In this document: in pieces, positions 10,258 through 17,948 of the stretch | Numbering within the stretch: the stretch's first letter is position 1 | How the letters are laid out: every line of letters begins with the position of its first letter | From: Synechococcus sp. WH 7803 | Lineage (GTDB): Bacteria; Cyanobacteriota; Cyanobacteriia; PCC-6307; Cyanobiaceae | DNA: 24,000 nt | Direction: 5' to 3' | Assembly: GCA_000063505.1 (NCBI GenBank) | Contig: CT971583.1 | Coordinates: 689,918 to 713,917 of the forward strand | The notes under the pieces: generated by a model | Told to the model about the DNA's origin: nothing | The model's database searches: none | The model's input: the letters and a program-made list of their open reading frames with translations, nothing else | Position numbers and translations under genes: made by a program

Positions 10258-11619
10258 ATGGACCAAGCTTTTGATCTCGTGGTGATCGGCGCCGGCTCCG
10301 GTGGTCTCGCTGCCGCCAAACGGGCCTCGGCCCATGGTGCGCGTGTCGCGCTTGTCGAAGGCGACAAGGTTGGCGGGACTTGCGTGATCCGTGGGTGTGT
10401 GCCGAAGAAATTGCTTGTCTACGGCTCTCAGGTATCAGAACATCTGGCCGATGCACCGAGCTATGGCGTCGATGTCCCTGCGGCGACGATCAACACCGCT
10501 GTGCTTCTGCAGGCAGTGCGGGCTGAGGTGGATCGCCTGAATGCTCTGCACATCAGCCTCCTCGAGAAAGCGGGCGTCACCCTGGTCCGCGGCTGGGGTC
10601 GTTTTGACGATGATCACCGCATTGCGGTGTCCTCCAAACCCGGAGGTGATGTCGAGCACTTTCTGAAGGCCGACCGCGTACTCATCGCTGTGGGAGGACG
10701 TCCCCATCGCCCCTCGATCCCAGGTGCAGAGCTGGGCTGGGTGAGTGACGACATGTTCTTGCTGGAACGCTTCCCTGAGCATGTTGTGGTGGTGGGTGCC
10801 GGCTTCATCGCTTGCGAGTTCGCCTGCATCCTCCGGGGACTCGGCATTGCCGTGACCCAGCTGGTGCGGCGCGATGGTGTCCTGCGTGGTTTCGATCGGG
10901 AACTCGCGGCCGCTGTGCAGGAGGGCATGGTGGAGAAGGGTGTGGACCTGCGTTGTTCCACGAGTCCTGCTGCCATCGAGGGCTCGCCCGGCGATCTGGT
11001 TGTTGTGACGGATCAAGGAGAGCGAATCCCCGCCGGAGGAGTGCTGCTGGCGACTGGGCGGCAGCCTTTCCTGCAGGGATTGAATCTTGAAGCCGCAGGT
11101 CTCTCAAGTGAGGACAGGAAGCTTGCGGTGGACGCTGACCAGCGCACCACTGTTCCTCATATCTTCGCGGTGGGAGATGTGACCGATCGCATCTGCCTCA
11201 CCCCGGTGGCCGTGGATGAGGGCCGAGCGTTTGCCGACACCGAATTTGGCGGCCGGCCGCGCCAGGTGAATCACGACCTTGTTGCGAGTGCTGTGTTCAG
11301 TCAGCCCGAGCTGGCCACTGTCGGCCTTTCTGAAGAAGCCGCGATCAGCCGATTGGGCGCCGATGCCGTGGTGATCCACAGGGCACGGTTCCGCTCCATG
11401 GCCCAGGCACTGCCCAAGCGTGGTCCGCGCACCCTGCTCAAGCTGGTCGTTGAGGCGCGCACCGACAAGGTGCTGGGCTGTCACATGGTGGGAGAGCACG
11501 CCGCTGAAGTCGTTCAGATGGCAGCGATTGCCGTTGGGATGGGTGCCACCAAAGCCGACTTTGATCGCACCATGGCTCTCCATCCCACCGTGTCAGAGGA
11601 ATTCGTCACCATGGCCTGA
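10258..11619 (+). CDS. gor: Glutathione-disulfide reductase (FAD/NAD(P)H pyridine-nucleotide disulfide oxidoreductase)
   Basis: FAD-binding DLVVIGAGSGG, redox-active disulfide GGTCVIRGCVPKK, second Rossmann VVVGAGFIACEFA and a C-terminal HPTVSEEFVTM His-Glu pair. Confidence 0.9.
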   Translation: MDQAFDLVVIGAGSGGLAAAKRASAHGARVALVEGDKVGGTCVIRGCVPKKLLVYGSQVSEHLADAPSYGVDVPAATINTAVLLQAVRAEVDRLNALHISLLEKAGVTLVRGWGRFDDDHRIAVSSKPGGDVEHFLKADRVLIAVGGRPHRPSIPGAELGWVSDDMFLLERFPEHVVVVGAGFIACEFACILRGLGIAVTQLVRRDGVLRGFDRELAAAVQEGMVEKGVDLRCSTSPAAIEGSPGDLVVVTDQGERIPAGGVLLATGRQPFLQGLNLEAAGLSSEDRKLAVDADQRTTVPHIFAVGDVTDRICLTPVAVDEGRAFADTEFGGRPRQVNHDLVASAVFSQPELATVGLSEEAAISRLGADAVVIHRARFRSMAQALPKRGPRTLLKLVVEARTDKVLGCHMVGEHAAEVVQMAAIAVGMGATKADFDRTMALHPTVSEEFVTMA

Positions 11620-11694
11620 TCCTTGGGCCAAGCGCTGTCAAGGTTCAGCGCCACTGCGGGGCTTAAGAAGACCCACTAATTTGCGCGCAGTTCG

Positions 11695-12228
11695 TTGGAT
11701 CGAGCAGTGCTGACACTTGAGGCTCTGCGTCGTGGAGGGGTGCTGATCGTGCCCCTGATGCTGGTCTCCATCGCTGTTGTTTCGATTGGGGTGGAGCGTC
11801 TTCGCTTCTGGTGGCAATGGGGCCGCGGCGATTGTGTCAGCCCTGAACTTGCTCTGCCTGAACTGGATCAACTCAAGCCATCGCAAGCGTCACTGCGTCA
11901 GCAGTTGCTTCAGGAGCGCCTCGAGCGCCAGCTTTGCCGATGGGATGGAATTCTTGAACTTTGCATGGTTCTCGGGCCTCTTCTGGGGTTGTTGGCCACC
12001 GTGATCGGCTTGATGCAGTTGCTGCAAGCGCTCGGCCCCGGACTCACCCTGCCGTCGCAGGGGGGAGACCTGATCGCCGGCTATGGCCAGGTGCTCATCG
12101 GCACGGTTCTTGGTCTTTCCATTGCGGCTTTGGCCCTCTTGGTGCAACGCCTGAACCGCCTTCGCGCCCAAGTGGTTCTGGATGCCTTTTCCGATCATTG
12201 TCTGGAGCGCCGTTCCGGCCAGATCTGA
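11695..12228 (+). CDS. MotA/TolQ/ExbB-family proton-channel protein (short, 3 TM)
   Basis: 177 aa with three predicted TM helices. GPLLGLLATVIGLMQ and AGYGQVLIGTVLGLSIAAL resemble the LGLLGTV.G / ..AL.TT..GL signature helices of ExbB/TolQ. The TTG start is uncertain. Confidence 0.7.
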   Translation: MDRAVLTLEALRRGGVLIVPLMLVSIAVVSIGVERLRFWWQWGRGDCVSPELALPELDQLKPSQASLRQQLLQERLERQLCRWDGILELCMVLGPLLGLLATVIGLMQLLQALGPGLTLPSQGGDLIAGYGQVLIGTVLGLSIAALALLVQRLNRLRAQVVLDAFSDHCLERRSGQI

Positions 12229-12590
12229 TGCCCCTCGTTCTTTCGTTCAGCGTTGTTGTGTTGACGCTAACGACGTTCCTCGCATCCGTTCCGTTACTCG
12301 TGGAGCAACCCTCCACATCGAGGCCAAGCGAGTGGTCTGGGACCACTGCACCGACGCGTTGGTTGGTGGTCCGATCCCTTGGAGGCAGTTGGTACCTCAA
12401 TGGACAACCCATGTCAGCTGCCGTGCTCAGTCGGCAGCTTGATCAGCGTGACGACCGGCCGGATGAGCTTGTGCTGCTTCCCTCCAGCGCCTTGCCCGCA
12501 GCGGCCGTTGCCGCCGACCTTGCCTGGCTCAGGCGCCAGTCATCGATCCCGGTCCGTTTGCAGGGTGGTGCGGAGGTGATGACCCCATGA
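12228..12590 (+). CDS. ExbD/TolR-like protein 1
   Basis: An N-terminal single TM (LVLSFSVVVLTLTTFLASVPLLV) is followed by a small periplasmic domain of ExbD-like pattern (WLVVRSLGGSWYLNGQPMSAAVLSRQL...ELVLLPSSALPAAAVAADLAWL). The ATG overlaps the exbB-like stop (TGATG). An in-frame TTG at 12198 is an alternative start. Confidence 0.6.
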   Translation: MPLVLSFSVVVLTLTTFLASVPLLVEQPSTSRPSEWSGTTAPTRWLVVRSLGGSWYLNGQPMSAAVLSRQLDQRDDRPDELVLLPSSALPAAAVAADLAWLRRQSSIPVRLQGGAEVMTP

Positions 12591-12946
12591 CCCTTCCTCT
12601 TGCTCAGCGTCGCGCTCTCGGCTACTCGGTGGCCTCTCTTTGCCTCACCCTTGGGGCGACAGCCATGCTGTTGCTCCCCCAGTGGCAGCAACAGCGGCCG
12701 GCGAGCGACGGTGTGATCGTGATCCATCTCGCTGCCGATGGTGGTCTGCGTCTTTGGAATCAACCGATTGAGCGATCGATGATCCCGGCACTGCTCGCTC
12801 GCCTCAATCGTCTTGATCCGGACACGCGCATCCGCGTGTCCCTGGCTCCTCAGGTTCCCTGGGGAGTGGTGCAGGACCTGATTCCGTTCTTCGATTCCAG
12901 CTCTCTCGATGTGGATCTTCAACTCCCTGCGGCGGCGCGCTCCTGA
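12587..12946 (+). CDS. ExbD/TolR-like protein 2
   Basis: A basic N-terminus and single TM (ALGYSVASLCLTLGATAMLLL) are followed by an ExbD-like periplasmic pattern (VIVIHLAADGGLRLWNQPIERSMIPALLARLNRLDPDTRIRVSLAPQVPWGVVQDLI). ATGA overlap with the preceding gene. Confidence 0.55.
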   Translation: MTLPLAQRRALGYSVASLCLTLGATAMLLLPQWQQQRPASDGVIVIHLAADGGLRLWNQPIERSMIPALLARLNRLDPDTRIRVSLAPQVPWGVVQDLIPFFDSSSLDVDLQLPAAARS

Positions 12947-13553
12947 GACCCTCTCTTTGGTGGCCCTGCCGGTGGCGATCGCAATAGCCGGACATGCTGC
13001 TGTGATTGGAACCAGCACCGTGCTGGCGACTCGGACGTCGGAGAACCCCACGCCTCCCAGAGTTGTGGACAATTCCCGTGAGTTGGTGCGCTTGAGCCGG
13101 CGCGTGGCCCAGAGCCGCTCCTTGGCCGCGGTTGGCCTGAATCTGAGCGACACCTTGCCGCCGCCACCTGCTCCCACTCTTCTCGATGACCCGTCCAAGG
13201 GGACGAAGGATCCAGATTGCTCAATCGACAACGATGCCGATCGGGCCGAGAAGCCGAATCGCCCCGATGGGCAAGAAGAGGCCGAAGGCTCTAGCCGAGT
13301 GGCGTTGTTACCACCCCTGGAGATTGAGCGAATTAGCTCCTTGTGGGAGACAGCAGATCCCGTGGAGACCTGGCCTGAGGCGTTGGGTGCGTTTCCCGAA
13401 GACTCCGAGGTGCGGGAGGTGCCGCTGAAGGCCTTTCGCCCTCGCACCACGAAGCAGTTGAACGCGCTTGTGATCACATCGGCAGACACGCAGTTCCTGC
13501 TTCGCGCCAGGGATGAGTCCGTCTGGATCGTCCGCCGTTCGTTAATTGAGTAG
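12909..13553 (+). CDS. TonB/TolA-like membrane-anchored protein (His-containing TM anchor, Pro/charged linker, non-canonical C-terminal domain)
   Basis: RRR followed by the TM LSLVALPVAIAIAGHAAVIGTSTVLA, where the GHAAVIG segment resembles TonB IHGAVVAG. Then comes a PPPPAP / Asp-Glu-Lys-rich linker. The C-terminal part of roughly 80 aa lacks any TonB_C signature I can see. The ATG overlaps the previous CDS by 38 nt. Confidence 0.45.
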   Translation: MWIFNSLRRRAPETLSLVALPVAIAIAGHAAVIGTSTVLATRTSENPTPPRVVDNSRELVRLSRRVAQSRSLAAVGLNLSDTLPPPPAPTLLDDPSKGTKDPDCSIDNDADRAEKPNRPDGQEEAEGSSRVALLPPLEIERISSLWETADPVETWPEALGAFPEDSEVREVPLKAFRPRTTKQLNALVITSADTQFLLRARDESVWIVRRSLIE

Positions 13554-13563
13554 CAATTCCTAC

Positions 13564-13612
13564 TTGAGAATGGTATTAAGACCCGTAAGAATGGCGGTTA
13601 AGAGATTGTTAA
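13564..13612 (+). promoter_or_regulatory. AT-rich intergenic segment with two about 16-nt direct repeats and phased TTAA cores (candidate promoter or response-regulator site)
   Basis: AGAATGGtaTTAAGA (13567-13581) and AGAATGGcggTTAAGA (13588-13603) are repeated 21-22 bp apart. TTAA cores lie at 13576, 13598 and 13609 (22 and 11 bp spacing). A possible TTGAGA (13564-13569), 16-nt spacer, TAAGAA (13586-13591) promoter is also present. This is the only clearly AT-rich intergenic stretch in the window. Confidence 0.3.
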
Positions 13613-13618
13613 CGATGG

Positions 13619-14089
13619 ATGCCGTTATTCGTTCTGGTGTTTCTGGCGTCGTTTGCAGGTGTCACCACCGTGAACGGCGGGGATGGTTGTGAGGCCACGG
13701 CCCATTATTTGGGAAGTTTTGACCCGGATCGCCAAAGGGTGAGCCTCTGCTCTGATGCTGCGATGCAAGGGCAGCGATCCCTTGGCGAAGTGGCCCGTCA
13801 TGAGTTTTTTCATGCCATTCAGCACCGTTTTGGTTACGGAGGCCAGGGGTTTCTGCCTGATGCTTTGCTGACGCCACTGGTGCGCCACGGCATGGACGAT
13901 CGAGAAGTGATGACCGTGCTCAGCCTCTATCCGGAAGACGAAGTGAACGGGGAGCTGGAAGCACGGCTGGCCTCAAGGATCATTCCCAACGCGCTGATCG
14001 CCGGAGGCTTAATCAGTGGTGCGCTGATTCATGACGACAACGCCAGTGGACCCATTGGCAAGATTCGGGCATTTCTGCTGCCCCGTTAG
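13619..14089 (+). CDS. Small exported HExxH-motif protein (putative Zn-metallopeptidase-like)
   Basis: 156 aa with a signal-like MPLFVLVFLASFAGVTTVNG, a single HEFFHAIQH motif (HExxH followed by xxQH) and a hydrophobic C-terminal segment IIPNALIAGGLISGALI. The 3' end overlaps the GMC gene stop by 4 nt. Confidence 0.5.
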   Translation: MPLFVLVFLASFAGVTTVNGGDGCEATAHYLGSFDPDRQRVSLCSDAAMQGQRSLGEVARHEFFHAIQHRFGYGGQGFLPDALLTPLVRHGMDDREVMTVLSLYPEDEVNGELEARLASRIIPNALIAGGLISGALIHDDNASGPIGKIRAFLLPR

Positions 14090-15606
14090 CCATCGAAGCG
14101 TTGCTTGAGGGCTTCGCTCATGCGTAGGGCTAAGGCGATGGTGGTGAGCCCCGGGCCGACGCTTGGGCAACTCGGGAACACGCTGGAATCAGCGATGTAA
14201 AGGTTGTCGAGCTCGTGGGAACGGCCATCGCCATCGACCACTGATGCAGCGGGATCGTCGCCCATGCGGCAGGTGCCGCAGGCGTACCCCACCACACTCA
14301 ATGGCGCTTCACCGCGGGGGTGTGTCGGCGCTTTGGTCACCACTTTGGTGATGGGATCCGCTTCGACGGCCGTCAAGGTGTCGATCCAGCGGTAAACAAG
14401 GCGGTCATGCGCCTCCCGATTGTTGTGCAGGTAATTGATGCGAATCTGATCATTGTTCAGCCACACTTTGTTGTGGGGGTCGGGAAGCACTTCCGTCATC
14501 GCCCACCAGGCCACTGAGCGGGAGGCCAGCCGTTCCAAGCCGAAATCAGGGATCAACTTGCTGACAAGGGACAGCACCGGTGGTGATTCGGCAAACAGGG
14601 CATCCTGCAGAACACCTCCGGCAGCCTGGATGTGACCGAGGGGGAAGCTCACATTTTTGTCACCCCAGTAGTAGTCATTCACGCCAAGCGAACGGGCATA
14701 ACGACCGTTATTGCGTTCAGCTGCCAGTTGGAGAATCGAGGTGAGCTGAAGATTCATCAGATTCCGACCCACCTGATCGGACCCGTTGCTGAGGCCGCGG
14801 GGGTGCTTTTCACTGCTGGAGCGCAGCAGGATGGCTGCTGTGTTGATCGCTCCCGCCGCGAGCACAACAACATCCGCTGAGAACAACCAGGTTTCACCGT
14901 CCACGTCGGCTTCCACAGCTTTGACCTCGCGGCCGCTTGGGTTCACATGGAGCCGCATTACCCGGGCCATCGATCGCACCTCGAGCTTTTCGGAATCGGC
15001 GTTGTCAAGTCCGTACAGCTGGGCGTCACCGCTGGGGTCTTCCTGACTGCTCGACCAGCTCAAGGGCAGGTCGTAGGGCTGACAGCCTTGGCGCTTGAGC
15101 CCTTCCCGCAAGGGCTCAAGAAAGGGCATCAACGGTTTTGGTGCGTGGCCGAAGTCACCGTTGCGGGCCGGTTCGGTGGGGTCCACGCCCGATTTGCCGT
15201 GCACTTGATAAAGGTGTTCGGCCTGGTCATAAAAGGGGGCCAGGTGCTGGTAGTTGAAGGGCCAGCGTGGGGAAATACCGTTCTGAAGAGGGAGATCGTC
15301 GAAGTCCTTCTCGCGCATGCGTTCGAGAACGGCCCCCCAAATCTTGGTGTTGCCCCCTAAGGCATAGGTGGTTTGTGGGGCGATCGGATCACCATCCGGT
15401 CCGAACCAGCGTTCGTTGCGTGGGTGATAACGATCCTTGCGGAAGAGATCAACATCGGCCACGTTCTGGTCGCTGAGGGCCATGGCTCCGCCGCGTTCAA
15501 GCAGGAGCACCCGTCGGCCCTGTCGGCTCAGTGCCCCTGCCAGAGTTCCGCCCCCGGCGCCGCTGCCGATGACGATGATGTCGTAGTGGCGATCGTCGAT
15601 GATCAT
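14086..15606 (-). CDS. GMC-family FAD-dependent oxidoreductase
   Basis: 506 aa with an N-terminal FAD fold YDIIVIGSGAGGGTLAGAL...VLLLERGG. Length and the C-terminal part (...CGTCRMG...V.D....H...NLYIADSSVFP) are typical of glucose-methanol-choline oxidoreductases. Confidence 0.85.
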   Translation of the reverse strand: MIIDDRHYDIIVIGSGAGGGTLAGALSRQGRRVLLLERGGAMALSDQNVADVDLFRKDRYHPRNERWFGPDGDPIAPQTTYALGGNTKIWGAVLERMREKDFDDLPLQNGISPRWPFNYQHLAPFYDQAEHLYQVHGKSGVDPTEPARNGDFGHAPKPLMPFLEPLREGLKRQGCQPYDLPLSWSSSQEDPSGDAQLYGLDNADSEKLEVRSMARVMRLHVNPSGREVKAVEADVDGETWLFSADVVVLAAGAINTAAILLRSSSEKHPRGLSNGSDQVGRNLMNLQLTSILQLAAERNNGRYARSLGVNDYYWGDKNVSFPLGHIQAAGGVLQDALFAESPPVLSLVSKLIPDFGLERLASRSVAWWAMTEVLPDPHNKVWLNNDQIRINYLHNNREAHDRLVYRWIDTLTAVEADPITKVVTKAPTHPRGEAPLSVVGYACGTCRMGDDPAASVVDGDGRSHELDNLYIADSSVFPSCPSVGPGLTTIALALRMSEALKQRFDG

Positions 15607-15645
15607 GGCGGAAGTGTTGTATTGAAACCGTTTGATGCAGCGAAA

Positions 15646-16251
15646 TCAGTTGGTGCGCTGCCACACGTAAATCAGCACAAAAAGGATAATCCAAATCACA
15701 TCCACAAAGTGCCAGAACAGGCTCACCGCGGTGACGCCCATGTCTCCTTTCTCGTAGTTTCCCGGGCGGAAGGAGTGAAACAGCATCAACCCCATCAGGC
15801 CAATGCCTGTAATCACATGCAACCCATGGAATCCTGTTAGGAGGTAAAACGTTCCTCCAAAGACACCGCTGCCAAGGCCGAATTCCAGGCTTGACCATTC
15901 AACATATTGTCCATAAACAAAATAAGCGCCCATCAGCATGGTGATAAACCACACGATTCGGAAGCCCCAGAGGTTGCCTTTGTGGAGGTAGCGCTCGGCG
16001 AAATAGGCCACAAAGCTTGAGCTCACCAATACGATTGTGTTGATGAGCGGCATCCTCACTTCCAGGCCCTCAACGCCTGGAGGAAGCCATTCAGGGGATG
16101 TGATTTTAAACAGTGTAAATCCTGCAAAAAATGCCAGAAAGATGATGCTTTCCGAGCAAAGAAAAATCACAAACCCCGTAAGGTTGTGGCCGGAGTGTTT
16201 GATGTGTCCCGGCGTGTGATTGAGTTGTGAGGATGAATCCAAGCTGGTCAT
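15646..16251 (-). CDS. ctaE: Haem-copper oxidase subunit III
   Basis: 201 aa polytopic membrane protein. The FFAGF..., YFVYGQY...FYLLTGFHGLHV and ...LFWHFVDVIWI motifs are characteristic of COX3. Confidence 0.9.
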   Translation of the reverse strand: MTSLDSSSQLNHTPGHIKHSGHNLTGFVIFLCSESIIFLAFFAGFTLFKITSPEWLPPGVEGLEVRMPLINTIVLVSSSFVAYFAERYLHKGNLWGFRIVWFITMLMGAYFVYGQYVEWSSLEFGLGSGVFGGTFYLLTGFHGLHVITGIGLMGLMLFHSFRPGNYEKGDMGVTAVSLFWHFVDVIWIILFVLIYVWQRTN

Positions 16252-16254
16252 GGG

Positions 16255-17943
16255 TCAGGCCTCCTGGGCGCGTCGGATGTAAAACTCCTCATCGGCCACA
16301 AAGGGCTCATTCAGCCCGTAGCCATAGGGGTTGTTGAGAACGGTTGGAACATCGTCCTCGAAGTTCTCTGCCGGCGGTGGTGAGGGCAGAAGCCACTCCA
16401 AGCCGATGGCTCCCCATGGATTGGGGGACGCCTTGGGCCCCCGTGCCCAGGAGCTCACCATGTTGAGAATGAAGGGAATCGAGGCCACCCCCAGAAGAAA
16501 CGCGCCAATACTGGCAAGAACGTTCCAAATGGCGAATTCGGGGTCGTAGGACGCCACCCGTCTGGGCATGCCAAGTAGTCCCGCCCAGTGCAGCGGGAGC
16601 CAGTTCAGCGTGCATCCGATGAAGGTGAGGGCAAAGTGAACCTTTCCCAGGCCTTCGTAGTACATATGACCAGTGAACTTCGGGAACCAGTGATAAACGG
16701 CGGCGAAGACACCTAGCACGATGGCATTGAAAATCACATAGTGAAAATGTGCCACCACGAAGTAAGTGTTCCCAACATGGATATCGATCGGCACGGTTCC
16801 CAGCATCACGCCGGTGATTCCAGCGAAAATGAAATTCAGCAAGCCACCCAAACAGAAAAGCATGGGTGTGGTTAAGCGAAGCTTCCCTCCCCAGAGTGTG
16901 GCCACCCATGCGAACACTTTGACCCCCGTTGGCACAGCAATGGTCATGGTGGTGAACATGAAGAGGATGCGCATCCAGTTCGGGGTGCCTGTGTAGAACA
17001 TGTGGTGAACCCACACGATCAGCGACAGAAACACAATTCCGAACGAGGCCAGAGCCACAAACTTGTAGCCGAACAGCGGTTTGCGCGCGTAGCAGGTGAA
17101 AACTTCGGAGAAAATGCCGAACACCGGCAGCACCATCACATACACCGCAGGGTGTGAGTAGAACCAGAAAAAGTGTTGGTAAAGAACAGGATCGCCGCCG
17201 CCTTCAGGTCGGAAGAAACTGGTTCCAAAACTCAGATCGAACAGCAACATGATGGCGCCACCCGTCAGTGCTGGAAGGCCGATCAGCTGTATCGTCTGGG
17301 CTCCCCAGGCTGTCCAGCAATACAGGGGCATCTTAAAAAAGCCCATGCCTGGGGCCCGCATTCTGATGATTGTGGTGACGAAATTGATGGCGCCGAAGAT
17401 GGACGACACGCCAGAGAGTGCCACGGCAAGCAGCCAGAGCTGTTCCCCATTCACGAAGTGATTGAGGGGGTTCTGGATGCTGATCGGCGGGTAGGACCAC
17501 CAGCCAGACTGCGCCGGTCCACCCGGAATGAAAAAGCTTCCCATCAGCAGCAGAGCAAACACTGGTACGAGCCAGAACGCTGCTGCATTGAGCCTGGGAA
17601 AGGCCATGTCGGGCGCACCGATCATGGTGGGAATCAACAGATTGTTGAGACCATTCAGAACCGGGAAAAGAAAGAGGAACAGCATCACTGTTCCGTGCAT
17701 TGTGTAGAGACCGTTGTAGACGCTGGGATCAACAAGATCAGCTGGTGGAGTGATCAGTTCACCCCGCATCACCATGGCCAGGAGCCCACCCACAAGCAGA
17801 AAAAGCAACGAGGTGGCGATGTATTGAATGCCAATCACCTTGGCGTCGGTGTTGAAGCTGAAAAAGCGCTTCCAGTTGTCTGGGGCCCCGGGCACGGGAT
17901 GGGGCGCTTTGAGGATGCGTGGATCGAAATTGGTGGATGTCAT
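16255..17943 (-). CDS. ctaD: Haem-copper oxidase subunit I
   Basis: 562 aa with GIQYI..., HGTVMLF, FWFYSHPAVYV (CuB/Tyr region), WVHHMF and HFHYV haem/CuB histidine contexts. Confidence 0.95.
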   Translation of the reverse strand: MTSTNFDPRILKAPHPVPGAPDNWKRFFSFNTDAKVIGIQYIATSLLFLLVGGLLAMVMRGELITPPADLVDPSVYNGLYTMHGTVMLFLFLFPVLNGLNNLLIPTMIGAPDMAFPRLNAAAFWLVPVFALLLMGSFFIPGGPAQSGWWSYPPISIQNPLNHFVNGEQLWLLAVALSGVSSIFGAINFVTTIIRMRAPGMGFFKMPLYCWTAWGAQTIQLIGLPALTGGAIMLLFDLSFGTSFFRPEGGGDPVLYQHFFWFYSHPAVYVMVLPVFGIFSEVFTCYARKPLFGYKFVALASFGIVFLSLIVWVHHMFYTGTPNWMRILFMFTTMTIAVPTGVKVFAWVATLWGGKLRLTTPMLFCLGGLLNFIFAGITGVMLGTVPIDIHVGNTYFVVAHFHYVIFNAIVLGVFAAVYHWFPKFTGHMYYEGLGKVHFALTFIGCTLNWLPLHWAGLLGMPRRVASYDPEFAIWNVLASIGAFLLGVASIPFILNMVSSWARGPKASPNPWGAIGLEWLLPSPPPAENFEDDVPTVLNNPYGYGLNEPFVADEEFYIRRAQEA

Positions 17944-17948
17944 GAATA

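Noticed and set aside
11632-11651. Small hairpin GCGCTG-N8-CAGCGC just after the gor stop, considered as an intrinsic terminator
   Set aside because: The stem is only 6 bp and no U-tract follows, so there is not enough support to call a terminator.
12443-13489. 348-aa ORF on the minus strand, antisense to the ExbD-like 2 and TonB-like genes
   Set aside because: Ser/Arg/Gly-rich low-complexity translation with no motif. It lies opposite frames with better gene-like architecture (TM anchors, coupled starts). This is typical of spurious antisense ORFs in GC-rich DNA.
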